The notes beneath the pieces were generated by a model, which made no database searches, was not told where the DNA came from, and saw nothing but the letters and a program-made list of their open reading frames with translations. Source: Catajapyx aquilonaris (taxonomy: Eukaryota). From it: 64,000 nucleotides of DNA. The stretch spans positions 1 to 64,000 of the forward strand of contig KZ538069.1 of the NCBI GenBank assembly GCA_000934665.2. The letters run 5' to 3'. The position numbers and the translations under genes were made by a program. Positions 36,444 through 49,560 of this stretch are shown here, in pieces. The stretch's first letter is position 1. Every line of letters starts with the position of its first letter.

Positions 36444-36518
<75 letters not shown>

Positions 36519-39500
36519 TAGCAGAATACCCGGCGTTGCTCGGGTTATGAAATACTTTTCCATAGGAGTGACTCATTGATTTGGACCTTTGCAATACACC
36601 ATAAAACCTGGGCCTCGTCTGGGACTGTGTCCACAGAACAGTGGGAAGGACCAGGTAGTTGGTTGAGGAGTTGTGCATTGATGAGATTGACGGTGTTGTT
36701 TTTCGGAGCTAATATTGCTCTCTCACACAACCAACTGTGTCTCTGGTAGTTGAGGCAAAGATTGGGAACGACCTTAAATTTTAATTCATCGACAGAGGAC
36801 ACCTTCGTACCGATCAATCCCATGTCAACATTTCCTATAGGGCATCGGTTCTAAATTGGCCATTTCCTAATTTCAACAGGTCGCATGCAAATTCCTCTGA
36901 GTAGTAGTCACCAAGCAGATAGGCCCTCATGTTCGTAGAGAGATTGAATTTTCTAACATGAGTCCAGAGATAAGAAGACTTTAGGCAAGCTTTTATCTCA
37001 TCGACTCGTGTGCCTCGTGGAACAACAGGCAATGACTGTCTGAAGTCCCCAGCCAAAACCAAAGTTACTCCACCCATAATCTTTTTGCATTCCCGGATAT
37101 CCTGCAGTGTCCTGTCCAGAGCTTCAAAAGCTGCTTTGTGGGACATGGTGCACTCATCCCAAACAATTAACCTGCACTGACTCAAAAGTTGTGCCATCCC
37201 AGTACCCTTGCTGATGTTGCACCTTGCATTTTCCTGTGTAGCTAAATTTAGAGGAAGTTTGAAAGCTGCATGGGCAGTCCTCCCACCAGGCAAAAGAGTA
37301 TAGGGGAGAGGGGTGATGAAAAATCGAGCATTAAAGAGGTGTGAGTGAAGTTGGAGTATGGAAATAGTACATGGAGCAAGAGAGAGAAGCATGGGTGGAA
37401 TCCTTATGATCTTTATCTGTGGAAATACTTACAGTCATATTAACTTTGCCGACTTGTTTCAAAAGCGCAAGGCTCTGCAAGTCAAAAAGGTTTGTCCGGG
37501 CTGTTCAAACCTGCATTGTGTCCCCCTTAACAGATATGACTGCTTCAAAGTGGGAAGTATGGATTCCAGATGCTCTGCGCACACTAAGGGGTAATGCTGT
37601 TGCCTCAAGCCTCTGTCATACATCTTTTAAATTCCTGCATGTTGCGTGGCCGTAGATGACCCGGTCTCCTCTTCATAATCAGCCATACATTTTCGATGGG
37701 GTTCAAGTCAGGGCTGTCTGAAGGGTAGTTCAGCATAACAGGAACTTTGTGCTGCTCCAGACATCATTTCTTGGTGTATTTCGTGTCGCAGGATGCACTG
37801 TCTTGCTGAAAGTTGTACTTGCCATCTGGACAAAGTGCACAGATTGACGGTAGAAGCCTCTCCTCCAAGATGGCTGGGTACGCCAAATCATTGATAGTCC
37901 CCGACACAAAGTGGAGTTAGCCTGGGCCTCGGTTCCCAGTACACCTCCAAACCATCAAGCTGTCTGGGAACTTAACACCGCGGGCCAAGCAGTCCGGATA
38001 AAATTCTTCATCATGCTTACAAATAACTCGCATTAGGGCCGGCATGGTGGTCTAGCGGTTACGCCACTGGCCAGCCAAGCGGGAGGCCGGGGTTCAAATC
38101 CCGTCCCCATCACCTCTGCTTGGCCGGGTCTTTTTCTGCTTTTCTCCTGACATGCCGGAGCAGAATTGCACTCCCTTCTCTGCTCGGTGCCAGGAGAAAA
38201 GGCCTGGTGTTAAAGAATGTCAGAAATGGCTATCGCACGGTGCCCTCCCTTGGGAACTTCCCCTTCCCCCCTGAGAGGTCCACAAGCTCTATCACGGGAT
38301 AACAAAAAATAAAATAATAAAAATAATAATAAAATAAACCTCGCATTCGTGTGCCCCTCGAACTTGGACTTATCAATGAATGTCCCACGGTCCCACTGAT
38401 GCTGGACCAGATTCAATGCTCTACTAGTCTACGTATTTCTTTTTGCGAGCAGGCACAGGAATTGTTTCTTCTTATTAGTCCTTGATTGCAAGAAAATGAA
38501 GGTTCACCACAAGAACTAACCCCACATCTAGTTTCATGCACATTTTCTAAATTATACCCGAACTTATGGATCCGGCAAAGGCATGTGGATGTTGACTTTG
38601 TCTTTCCAGTTCTTCCAGACCACTCATAGTTGACCTCTGCCACTGTCATGCACATGTTTCCTAGGATAACCCTTCGCAGAGTCTCTTCGTCTACAGCTGT
38701 GGTCATGTCAGACAGGGGTTTCTGGGGGATGACCTAGTCTCTTCATATTGCCGTATGATGCCACCAACTGTGATCCTAGACAGGTGCAAATTCCTGGCTA
38801 TGGCATGGGCCAGCGTTCCTTTTCCGTGCTCCTCAATAATGATGTGACGCAGGGCTTGAGGTACTTCCTTCCCATGTCCCATTCTGAAGACTCCGCCTTC
38901 TCGTGACTAGGGGCAGTGGCTGATGCAGTATGACTTGTGAATTTCCTTTGCATATCACACACAGGCCGGGACAGTGAGACCAAATGAACTTTTTTGACAC
39001 AAACCGCGATCCTTATACTTTTGAAACAAGCAGCCAAAGTTAATGTGTAATTATCTCCACGGATCAAGATTCAAATAAAATTATATTCCACCCACGCTTC
39101 TCTCTCTTGCTCCATGTAGCCCTACTATTTCCATAAGATGCGCCAGTCCAACTTCACTCGCACTTGAGGGGTGTGGTGGAAAAACGTGACAACCCTCAAA
39201 AATGTAATTTTTCAGGAGAGCGAATTGAAGTTTGCACTCTTATCACAAATCATAGGCAATGTGGGTTATGATCTAGTCTATGTTGCCATCTCGTGCATGA
39301 TATGTGAACTTAGAGTATACCAAACTGTTTGTTGACATGTCTTTTACATAGTTGCTAGGTGTTCAGGTCAAAAATGACAAAAATGAGGGTTATCACCTTT
39401 TGCCAGCACACCCCTCACTTCTTTTATGCTCGATTTTTCATCACCTCTCAGTGAAAATTTCAGGAAACTAAAAACTTCTGCAATAGAGTTGTATACCTTC

Positions 39501-39996
39501 TATATGCTGTCCTGCAGAGGCAGTCTACCACTACAATCCAGTGCTTAATTATGTCCATAGGTTCTCAAATGATCAAAGCAACATGCCTGCTACATGTATA
39601 CACAATTACTGAAGTAACACTGTTGCAGGCATGTTGTAGGCACATAATGCAGCAGCGCAGATATGGTAGTCAACAACTTCATCCAAAACACTCATATACC
39701 CACAGGTACACTTGGTCCATGACACTTTGACACTTTCAACATGTGACCACAACTGCCCAGAACTTTAGTTTCCGGCAGTATGCACGTACTGCATTGCATG
39801 CTCCTCTGGCTTTGAAAGAGCCTGTCTTCTGCAGTAGCTCCGCCTTGAAGAAAAGATTGAGGTTGCTCTGCCGATCAAGAGTCTGACATCTGAAGACGGG
39901 CGTCTGGTGCACGTGCGCTTTGATCCGCTTCTGAGCAGCCCTTATCAACGACAGGTTAATTTTCTCCGCCGGGTAGGACAAGCACGCGGACGACAT
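30397..39996 (-). CDS. SRR: Serine racemase / serine dehydratase family PLP enzyme (335 aa, 4 coding exons)
   Basis: Exons 39996-39790, 34728-34308, 30833-30604 and 30546-30397 splice in frame. PLP-lysine motif FKAELLQKTGSFKARGA, HSSGNHGQA, IHPYDN, VPISGGGM glycine loop and C-terminal VVLCGGNVDL. Confidence 0.9.
31203..32503. mobile_element. Transib-type non-autonomous element
   Basis: CACAGTAGGA...GCCGGTCA / TGACCGGC...TCCTACTGTA inverted termini and a 5-bp TSD CGGCG (31198-31202, 32504-32508). Confidence 0.78.
32511..32949. mobile_element. hAT-type MITE
   Basis: CAGTGGCATATC ... GTACGCCCCTG termini and an 8-bp TSD CCGGC(G/A)GT, whose left copy is split by the Transib element. Confidence 0.7.
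33310..33602 (-). mobile_element. tRNA-derived SINE (family A)
   Basis: Reverse complement of the 19358 element (CCAGGTTCAATTCC B-box), lying tail-to-tail with the family B copy. Confidence 0.8.
35052..35872. mobile_element. piggyBac-type MITE (second, inverted and deleted copy at about 44032-44540)
   Basis: TTAA-CCCTTT ... AAAGGG-TTAA ends. Internal sequence is shared in reverse with 44032-44540. Confidence 0.8.
35879..36088. mobile_element. hAT (Charlie-like) MITE
   Basis: CAGTGGTTTCCAACC ... GGTTGGAAACCACTG with a perfect 8-bp TSD GGTTAATG. Confidence 0.88.
36108..36517 (+). mobile_element. tRNA-derived SINE (family C) with (ATT)n tail
   Basis: TGGCGCTGAGG A-box, GGTTCAATCCC B-box, AGACATTGCAC motif and an (ATT)n run at about 36444-36517. 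Confidence 0.7.
36518..37292 (-). mobile_element. Helitron 3' fragment with PIF1-like helicase remnant
   Basis: Minus-strand ORFs LLPGGRTAHAAFKLPL...IVWDECTM...LVLAGDFRQSLPV and WLCERAILAPKN. A 3' hairpin CCCGAGCAACGCCGGG is followed by terminal CTAG-T. Confidence 0.85.
38035..38337 (+). mobile_element. tRNA(Gly-like)-derived SINE (family D)
   Basis: TGGTCTAGCGG A-box, GGTTCAAATCCC B-box, A-rich tail and TSD CTCGCATT. Confidence 0.8.
39166..39416. mobile_element. Sola2-like MITE inserted in the Tc1 TIR
   Basis: GAGGGGTGTG ... CACACCCCTC termini with a 4-bp TSD ACTT. Confidence 0.7.
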
Positions 39997-40756
39997 GCTC
40001 GCCAATAGTTATGCATCTAGCAGTATATATAGCAGATAACTTTGAGCACGACCACGTGAGCAGATCATACCGATAACATAGCAGTTCTTGGCCCAGGAAT
40101 AAATGCTACTTTACTGTAACGGTTATAACGCTAGACACTACTATTCATACCGGTATTAGTCATATGGGATGATTTAAATCACTGTTACAAATATTCATTA
40201 GTGATCTTGATTTTTGTTGTACATTGTACTGTCTCGATGTACTAGTTTCATGAAACTTTCCTCACAGTGTTGCACAACGTAACTAAAGGAAAATAACAGT
40301 AACATTAATTGCTAATATTGTTGGCCCAGCGCATTCGGGCGGAATCCTATTTACTGCGAAATCAGTAGGCCTATATCAAATTGGAATCGAGGAATCAGCA
40401 TGGAAAATGGGTGTCAGTCCGGAATCAGGTGATTCCAGGAATATCTCTCGTACAAAAATCTTCGAAATGTCGTCGAACTCCTTGATTTTGACTTGTTAAC
40501 CATCAATTAACATAATTATAAATGTTTAGAATTCTAATAACGATGAACCATTTTGTAAATATGATTAGGCCTACATCAGTCTCCGGTAACAGTACAATGT
40601 GATTGAAAATTAATATAAAGTACCAGATTCCCTCTTAATTACTTTACAATGCAAAAATGCATGTACCACTATTAATAACCCTTTCTTATTCCAGATAACA
40701 TCTTATTATTTTCATATTAATCTGTATTATTTTGCGTTGAAAGCCTCGTATCTTAA

Positions 40757-41328
40757 TCTATATTTTAGTTCATTTGTGGATTTGTTTGTGTTTGGATTCG
40801 CTATAGAAATCCAGGGGAATTCCCCTAGCTCATTGGGGGTTACTTATTGCGAGAAATTTAATGGCGATGTTTCAACGTCCGAAAATGAGCCTAACTCCCA
40901 CGACACTCTATACCGCCTCTGCTTTAACCACTATCGACAATAATATCAACAATATATAACTTTGTTTGGGGTCATCTCCATGGAAAAGAATTTCCAGAGG
41001 TGCATTCTCGGCGATATCGGGTGTCCGCTTTCTACGTATTTCTCCATCAAATGCCTCCAAAGAAGCGTTCATTTTCGGGAGCTGAAACATGCGGCGTTAA
41101 ATTCCTCGAAAAATGTAACCCCTGATGACCTAGTTTAAGGCAGTGTAGGGGCCTTCCCCTGGATTTCTATAATAAGGGACAAACAAACTCACATCCTTAT
41201 TTACAGAGATAGATATAGATACTAATTTTATTAATAAATAAACTTCCTAAAATAATACAGATATGGATACCCCGACCACTTACCACCACTACACAACATA
41301 CCCGAGCAACGCCGGGTAACCTGCTATT
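40757..41328 (+). mobile_element. Non-autonomous Helitron-like element
   Basis: 5' TCTATATT plus (TTTG)-like repeats, and a 3' hairpin ACCCGAGCAACGCCGGGT matching the 36518 Helitron end. An internal inverted repeat (ATAGAAATCCAGGGGAA) spans about 40803-41170. Confidence 0.6.
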
Positions 41329-41899
41329 ATTAATAAACTAATAATGAAAGTGGGAAAGGTTAGGTCTACATCATGTAGTATAGCATAATTTATTGGCCTG
41401 CGGCTCTTCTAAAGTAATCAACAAAAACTCCTGCACAACTCAGGGAGCGCGTAGGCCTATGACAAATATTTTAAGAGTATACCGCCGGTACTATACTGTA
41501 CTGGTACTGTAGTTGATTGGTTTCAATGTTTCATCAACACATTCGTGTCATCCGGTGTCATCGTTTGTCGTTTCGTCGCTTCAGACAGCTTCAGACAAAC
41601 CATTCCTTCGAATCCGCTACTTCGTATTGTACACAGTTATTATTTTGTATTCGAGCTTCGTAGCAGAAATGAGTTACAGCAAGAGCTAATAAGTAATTTC
41701 TTTGTAGTTGCTACAAGAGTATTGATAACAGATAGATAACGTCATAACGTGTAGCAGTTTGGGAGTAACGCATATAAACAACTGTTTACAGCATGGGTTT
41801 ACAGCTGGTTTACAGCAATAATAAATAGCCCTTACTGATTACAAGATATACGCAGGATATACGCTACATTTAACCGTCATGCTATTTTAGGCTCCTAGT

Positions 41900-42056
41900 A
41901 AGCGGCGTCTCCGGAGCGTCATCGTGATCCCAGCAGGGAGCCGCCCTCTCCGTTTCCGCCCTGCTCTCCGCAGCGTCATCGTGGTACCCGGTGCGGTTGT
42001 TGTAGGGAGAGGAAGAGCGGCGACCGGACCAGAGCGGACCGGTGATCTTGGCAGAG
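41900..42056 (+). other. Probable non-coding first exon / GC-rich promoter island of RNPS1
   Basis: CpG-rich island ending in a strong donor (GCAGAG|GTATGT, intron starting at 42057). A splice acceptor (ttccagcttcag) lies just upstream of the RNPS1 ATG. The 5' boundary is approximate. Confidence 0.5.
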
Positions 42057-44837
42057 GTATGTTGTGACTTCATTATTGGTCTCGTGTGAAGGCATTGTTG
42101 GTCGGCCAAGTGGCCGTTGCTGCAGGCCGACCAACATAAATAAAGCATATGGTATGGTATGGTATGGCTAATTCAGGGCGAAATCACGTTGCTTCAGTGA
42201 CTAGTAGGGTTTAAGAAGAGAGATCTTATGAATAGGCCTGTATATGTAGTTGCCACCCCGAAACTCATAAGCCTAGCCAGAGCATTTGGCATAGTTTGTG
42301 TGGTAGGGTTGGCATGGCTAGTATGTTGAGTCTTGTTGTGTTGTTGGGTGGGGTAGAGGAGGAAGGTCTCTGCCCAGTTATCTTGCAATGGCAGTGTCAT
42401 TGAGTTTATATTTCAAAGGTGGTGCCATCCCCAGCTTCGCCCCAGCACCCACTATAGGCACAGAGGTGCTAGTTTGGTCTGAACACTCAGTCCTTCTTGC
42501 TGATTGCCATGCAAGCCACCAACCATTCAGACAGTAGGCAAAAGGTCTACAGTACTCTTTCTGGTTTGGTTTGATTAGGAAGGAGCCAAAGCAACTATGG
42601 CTATCTGCCTATCAGAAGACACAAAGGTGGAACCCCTCCACTTATGCCAGGAGTGCTGGGATGCTGGAAAGAAGGACAGGTCTGAGGGGGTGGGGGTTGT
42701 TGTCAATGTGGAGTGAAGGAAAGTTAAGCTAAAACCAGAATGATTTGTATCAAAATCCCTTCCAGATATTGAAAATTACCTCACCTAAAGCAGCATACTC
42801 GTGTAGTCAAGGTAGACCAGTTTTTAGAAATGCATGATTTGGTGGCTATACCGGCATTCTAGTCTAATAAGGGCCAGTTCACATGTAGCCACTTCGGTCG
42901 CACGCGACAGCCACTGCCCACTGCAGTTGCTTGGGTCCGGCACACAGTGAATGGGTGGTGAGGGACTTTGGTATGATTATAATCATACCACACATAATAA
43001 TTTTTACAATTCATTGGTATCACCTAGATGGAAATATCTTTCACCATAGCCTTCAGAAATGTTCGTAGATCATATGTGAATGACTATTTTCGGCACTCGC
43101 GTGATATTTTTAATGGCACAATGTCATAGGCCAAAGCCTTCATTCATTTAAAACAACCCAAAACAAACACTTACTGCACGAATTTAAATACACAGCTCTC
43201 TGCCGCATATTTCCCGGTGTGTGACCATCCAGCTGAAAGCCATTTTTTAAAATCCCAAAATTCTGCGACTTTTCGCCAGGGAAAAAATCAGAACGATCTG
43301 GGAACAGTAGGCAATCTCCCCGGCGCCATGTTGGTCGTCAAAAGCATCCTCGCACCTAGTTGGCCGGGCGGGCTGCTTGGAGCTTGGGGCGTTGTCCGCT
43401 TGACACCTGAGCCGCCTGTTTTTTTTTTTTGCACCTGCTGGATCACATTACATATGTTTAAACGGGACCTTTAAAAAAATTTTAACAGACGCTAATGTTT
43501 TCATAATTCATCAGGGAGACTGGGCAACCATATAGAATTATCTTGGATTTTTTGGATGAGTTGAAGCTGCCTGTAAAGAATCGCGGAGATGATGTAATAG
43601 GATGACGCCACCTTCTTGTGCATAGTTTATGGGGCGGTTGCTGCCCTCTCGTGATATGCAACGTCGGTAGGTATGTCTCACAATGTTCAGCCCCCTCTTG
43701 TGCATGAATCGAGTGCGAAACCAATGGTGCCAGATCCAGTGATTTTCACTAGGGCGCTCTTTAAACCCCTACCCGAACAGTGCAAAATGGAACGGGAGAC
43801 CAAGGGTTAAACCCAAGGAACGTCTTTATTTTAATGGTTTTTAAACTGTAATTTATATTGTTTGATTGCGAATCAAAGAAGGTGATCATTTTCATTGACC
43901 TCTTTCCCTGATGCAACAGTTCAGTGGGTGAACTTTTAAACTAAAGTGTTTTCTTTACTGCCAAAAATTTATTTTTGCCTCTATTAAAATTATAATGATG
44001 TTACTTGGAAATTGATCAGACTGTTTATTAACCCTTTAACGGCAGGGTTTTTTGGGCCGTTTTTTCTTGACCAAAATTTGTAGTAAGAGTGATATTAATG
44101 GAAAACAATATGTTCCAATATTTATCATTTTAACTGGTGGTGGTCCTTTTAAATGTAAATTGCGGAAAAAATTCATCTACAGGGTGTTCCAGAAAACCAA
44201 AATTAAAAATGTAATTAACTTTAACTAAAGCCACTTAAATTAACTAAAGCCACTTAAAATTGTTACTATGGTTACATATTAATACTAAAACACTGTACTA
44301 TGAGAAATTCCTCAGAGTCCAGACTTACGGGACACCCTGTTCTGAAGCCTCGGGAGGGGGTATTTTTAGCTCACGCTGTGAGGCGGAAAAACTTATTAGC
44401 ACACACCATGGTAGTTGAGCCCCTTTCCACGAGGTGATAGGAGTAGTTTGAGCCTCAACTGTGCCATTTCTGTCTAAACTCAAGAGCTCACAGTTCAAAA
44501 ACCAGCAGGATGTCATATGATGTCATTAGGCCTCAAAGGGTTAATGGCTCGAGTTCCATGCAAACCAGTCACAAAAGGAGTAACTTGTGTGCTTGGTTCT
44601 GACAACTTCCACCCTTCTACTGCAACACTGGAGGTGACAGCCTATACCAGTTAGATGTTAGAGAATTTGTGAAGCTTTTCTGTAATTAAATTTAGGAAGA
44701 TCAGAAAGCTCTCTGCCTCTAGTTTGGATTAATTCCCCAGTAAATCAAATCCAAACATCAGATATCTGCAGTAGAGGTCCATTAACACATCTAATGCCAA
44801 CTTTGTTGCTTTTCCAGCTTCAGGTCCGGACGAGAAC

Positions 44838-47368
44838 ATGGCGCGTAATCGTCGAGGCAGCAGCGATAGTGCTTCTGAGTCTTCTGGCTCTGACAAAGAG
44901 AACAAGAAGGAGCGTGGTCGAGAGAAGGATAAGGATAAGAAGAAGGATAGTTCAAGTTCCAGTGGAAGTGATTCGTCTAGCCGCAGTTCATCGCGTAGCA
45001 GCCGCTCGTCGTCTTCAGATTCCACCACTTCCTCATCTTCAAGTGGATCTTCATCTGGCTCTTCAACAACAACATCATCTACCACGTCAAGCTCTTCTTC
45101 TTCATCTGGAACCAGTCTGAAGAGAAGGCCACGTCGAAAGAGCAGCAGCCCTGTCATAGTGTTGGATAAGAAGAAGAAGGACCCCCCAACAGAGGAGAAG
45201 AAGAAAGTGGATGAGAGAGATGCCAAACCCAAAGAACGTGATGGTAGGAGGCGGATTGATCGCCCCCAATCATTAAGCCCCAAGCGCAGGCGAAAGGAGA
45301 GGTCACCAACTCCCCGACCAACAAAAATTCATGTTGGGCATCTCACCCGGAATGTCAACAAGGTGAGATATTCATCTACTTTCTCTATTTTCAAATTCTA
45401 ATTGTTTCCCAATTACCTCATGCATGGTTGACAGGAGAGGAGGGGTGAGAAATCTGGTTAAAAATTTTTGAGGACGTTTTACTTTTAACCCTTCTGATCC
45501 CACAGTTTAAATGCAAAGCGGGTCACAATAGGAAATAAACTTCCCTAACTCGAATTTCTATAACTCGAAGTTCTCCATAACTCGAAGTGCAGGGCAGGGC
45601 CTTACGATGGGATATAAATGCATTTTCAGTCGAAGCTCATGTTGGCGAGTACGGAAAATTTTCTCATTTCCCAGCCGAAGGGTCGAGAGTAGGTCACATG
45701 GACAGAAAGGCTCAATTTCCTGATCTATGTCTACCAGACGTACTGAAAGAAGTGTTTGACTCGATTGTGACAATTGAATCCTTGAATATAAGAGTAGGCA
45801 AATGTCCATAACGGAGATTTTTTTTTACAACAAAACAACGAGGAACATTGTAAGTGTGATAGTGGCAGTTATTTTTAAGTTTTGAACACCTTTCGTCACT
45901 GGATATAAAGGTAGGCTTTCTTAGGGCCGGTTTCACCGAGCTCAGTATATGATAAAACCAGGGTATTTCTCAAAATCCCTAACTATTTGTATGGATTTTC
46001 CTAAAGAAACCTGGTTTTATCATATACCAAGCTCGGTGAAACCGGCCCTTATAGAGTTCTGTGCTTTAAAAAATCCAAACTTCTTTAACTGGAATCTTCT
46101 ATAACTCGAAGTTTTTTTCCGGTCCCATGGAGATTCGACTTATAGAAGTTTTATTGTAGTTATTTTATCTTTTAACCCTAATTTGACGGTCTCCAGGTGC
46201 CATGTTGTCACTTGTTAACCTGTATTGCCTTGTTTTCCGCGAGCTGACAAACTGTTTATTCATGCCTATGGGGAAAGGGGGCTGCAGTTTGAATGTCCGC
46301 ACGAAACGTGGCAACACTGTGCCCTTGAATTATCCTGGTCAATCAGATGCACGCCAATGTGGGCAGGGGCATGCTGGCCCTAATTGATTTTTTTTTTTTA
46401 AAAACCTATTCATAATATTTAGCACAAATTTTTGGGTGGAATCTCTTGAAGAGGTTTGGGGGCAACTATGTATGCCAAGATTTGCTGGCCAAGGTCATGG
46501 GGGGGGGAGCGGTTTTTTCAGCGGCTGCGAAAAGATGATGTCATTTAAGTTAATTTGCTTCTTAGAAGCTGGCGGAATGGCTGTGACATCACAAAACTTT
46601 GACATGGCCGTACACATTAACTACGCAATGGAGCCCAAAACAAATTGCACATCCCTATATTAGTTTTACAAGTACTATCAGTCTACCTGGCGATATGGCG
46701 CGAGTTTCCGTTCACCCTGTATAAAGGACTTAGCATCTCCCAATTTTGGATTGGTGTGGGGGGGTGTCCTGGAACCAAACTCTCACGGATGAGAGGGCCC
46801 ACTGCACCTACACACACATACACAGAGTGCACCACCTGTAAATTGTGCATCAGGAGTGACCTGCATGAAATTTCTGGGGTCACCGATGGCCAGCTAACTC
46901 AATGTTTTTCCATTCCAGAATCATGTGATTGAGATCTTCTCAGCGTATGGGACGGTGAAGAATGTGGAATATCCTTTACATCGTCTCCACACGCATTTGG
47001 GTCGTGGGGTGGCCTATGTGGAGTTTGAAACTCCAGACCAAGCCGAGGATGCCATGAAGCATATGGACGGGGGACAGATTGATGGGCAGGAAATTACTGC
47101 AGCTCCTGTCCTACTCCCAAAACCCAGACTTCTGCTTCCATCTTCAGGAGGTGGAGGAGGAAGGAGGAGCCCCCTACCACCAATGCCGCCGAGGAGGGGC
47201 CCAGCCAGGTGGAGGTCTCCACCAAGATTCAGGAGGAGGCCTTCACCTCCTCATCCTCCACCAGCTAGGAGGCGGTCTCCTCCTCGTCGGAGGAGGTCCA
47301 GGTCACGATCAAGGAGCCCTGCCAGGAGGAGGAGGTACAGCCGCTCCAGCTCCAGTTCATCACGCTAA
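44838..47368 (+). CDS. RNPS1: RNA-binding protein with serine-rich domain 1 (EJC/ASAP complex; 324 aa, 2 coding exons)
   Basis: Exons 44838-45362 and 46919-47368 (phase 0). N-terminal poly-Ser region, RSPTPRPTKIHVGHLTRNVNK-NHVIEIFSAYG RRM with AYVEFE...AMKHMDGGQIDGQEIT, and an Arg/Pro/Ser-rich tail ending SRSSSSSSR. Confidence 0.93.
45527..46158. mobile_element. Tigger/pogo-like MITE with a nested Harbinger-like hairpin (about 45924-46048) in the RNPS1 intron
   Basis: Repeated ATAACTCGAA subterminal motifs. Inner TTA-GGGCCGGTTTCACCGAGC...GCTCGGTGAAACCGGCCC-TTA. A related internal sequence lies at about 29700-29940. Confidence 0.7.
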
Positions 47369-49560
47369 CAAGAAAAGCATTTGGCCTATGTTGTTCCCTC
47401 TCCCACCTCATGTAAGCACAGGAAAATCCTGTAAATTGTCACTTGCCCCTGTCTGGATAGTGAGAAGCCACTTTATTGCAAGAATCTGGTGGTATGCAGC
47501 GTAATGGGCAAGATCAATTTTTTTATATGGGAACATTGGTTGAAATTGACACCTTCAAAGCAAAGTGTTGAATGTTCAGTAGTGGGCATGGAGGAAACAT
47601 TTGTTTGCCTTTCATTAACCACTAGACAACTCACTAAAAGATAAAAGAAACATGAGGAAAAATATTGATTTACTTATGACATTGTATATTTTTAAATTGG
47701 CAACATTTAAAACTGATAAAAGATCAACTGGCATGAACACAAAATAATAATATCCATAAGTAGTCACAATACATGACCTGAGATTTTCTCATTAATTTGA
47801 GGAGGAAATCTCAATTATGTCTGATTAGTGTGAAAACTTATGAATAAGTGGAGATGTTCCCTGATTTGCTTTCATACAGCCTGCCATTAGCCAGTTCCCT
47901 TATTTTAAACATGGTGGCAGCAAGTAAGTGTGTAACTAATGATTTTCATGTATATGGGAGTAGTAGAACAATATAGCACAAATGCCTGTTTTTGACAAAA
48001 CTTCATTCATCCAGTACGTTGCAATGAATTCTCTTCCAAGTGGTTAATAGATGGCAACTTATTAATTCAGTTCTAGCACAATATCAGTTTTGAGTTTCAA
48101 CTTTTCTGCAGGGTGACCATAAAGCTGTGTTTCCTCCAGGGCCCTCAATGACAGTAGCTTATTATAATAATCATGCTAGGCCAAAAATCCATGAACACCA
48201 CATTTAAAGCCTTCTGCACTGGAAAATTCCTCCTTTTCCAAACTTGGCAAACCTGCAGCCGGTAAATGAAAAATGATCACAAAGCAGGGTAAATTTTGAG
48301 AACATTTAAAGCAAGGTGATTACACCAATGGCATTTACAACCCATATGAGAGATGTGTAGAATGCACACTATTGTGATTTGCAATGAACATTACTGCATT
48401 TAAAAAAAATAACATTGTCATAAAGGGGGAGGGGGAAGAATGGTGCCTCATAAGTCCATAGTTAAATTTATATCAGATATTCCAAGAATCATGCAGTTCA
48501 AGTTCTGGACTTGTGAAAATGCTGAGAATGTTTGACTCAGTTGGCATCTTGGGTGAAAGCAAGAAATTTTTATGGCTTGTAATCCACACTGCAAATCCGA
48601 GTTGAGTAACTGCTGGGTTTTAATCAATAGGGGTCCTGTTTGACTTCTGGGACACCTGTTGTGTCAGTCTGAATGCATATTGAACTCACTGTTGGACCAC
48701 CTCGTGACCATCACATTTTAAAGTAATGTACTAAGATAGGTTCCATTCTTGCCCTTGTTTCTTTCCAATCAAAAGGGCATGTAGTCATGAATAGGTGGAA
48801 CTACTTAATTTGAGAGAAGTGGTGAAGTGTGTGTGTGTTTTTTTCCCCCCCATTGATTTTTCCGTTATTCCCCCCCTCAAGTTGTATTAGAATAGGCAAT
48901 TTGCCACGTGTAACCAATGTATGAAACTTTTTCAAGTAGAGCTCCACAATCATGTGTGCAGAGATGATGTAAGCTGAGAAGAACAGAAACCGCACACTTC
49001 ATCTAAGGCAAATGTCTCAGACTCTATAGATATGTTGTGTTAAGTTCATTCCACAGTGTGTAGGGTGATTTTGAGTTCTTTTTTTTCGGCCTGGCAGGAT
49101 ACATAACAAGTCGAGTTTAACTACCAAATGTTTTTAAATAATTATGTGGTTGAGCAAAAGTAACCAAGTTTGTATTGGTTGTATTATAGATTGGTCAACA
49201 TACGAACGCAACTGAGTGTGGCGCACAGAATGCAATCCTGGAATGAGAAGTGATGTGTGTAAGCCCGATATGATCTGTTGTAGGTTACACTTATTTCTGA
49301 CACTGGCATGGCCATACCAATCACTTCTGATTCCAGTATTGCATCCTGTGTGCCACGGCGATTCACACTTGGTTGTGTTCCTATGTTGACCAATCTATAG
49401 TATCGTTTTACTTTATACTTCAAGCTATCGTCTGATGCCAATGTGTTTGCATAAAAAAAAAGTGTATCAGGTGTGGGAAAATTTCCATAAGCCAACAGAC
49501 AATAAATAGGAAAACTTCACATTGTGTCCTTTATTTGAGAACAGCATTTCCAAAAGTCAA

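Larger units (their letters stand above)
37303..39453 (-). mobile_element. Decayed Tc1 element with nested SINE and MITE
   Basis: Inverted ends GGTGATGAAAAATCGAGCAT / ATGCTCGATTTTTCATCACC. The minus strand retains NFQQDSA and YPSDSPDLNPIENVW. Confidence 0.75.

Noticed and set aside
44729..45283. 184-aa antisense ORF
   Set aside because: It is the shadow of the low-complexity Ser/Arg/Lys-rich RNPS1 exon.
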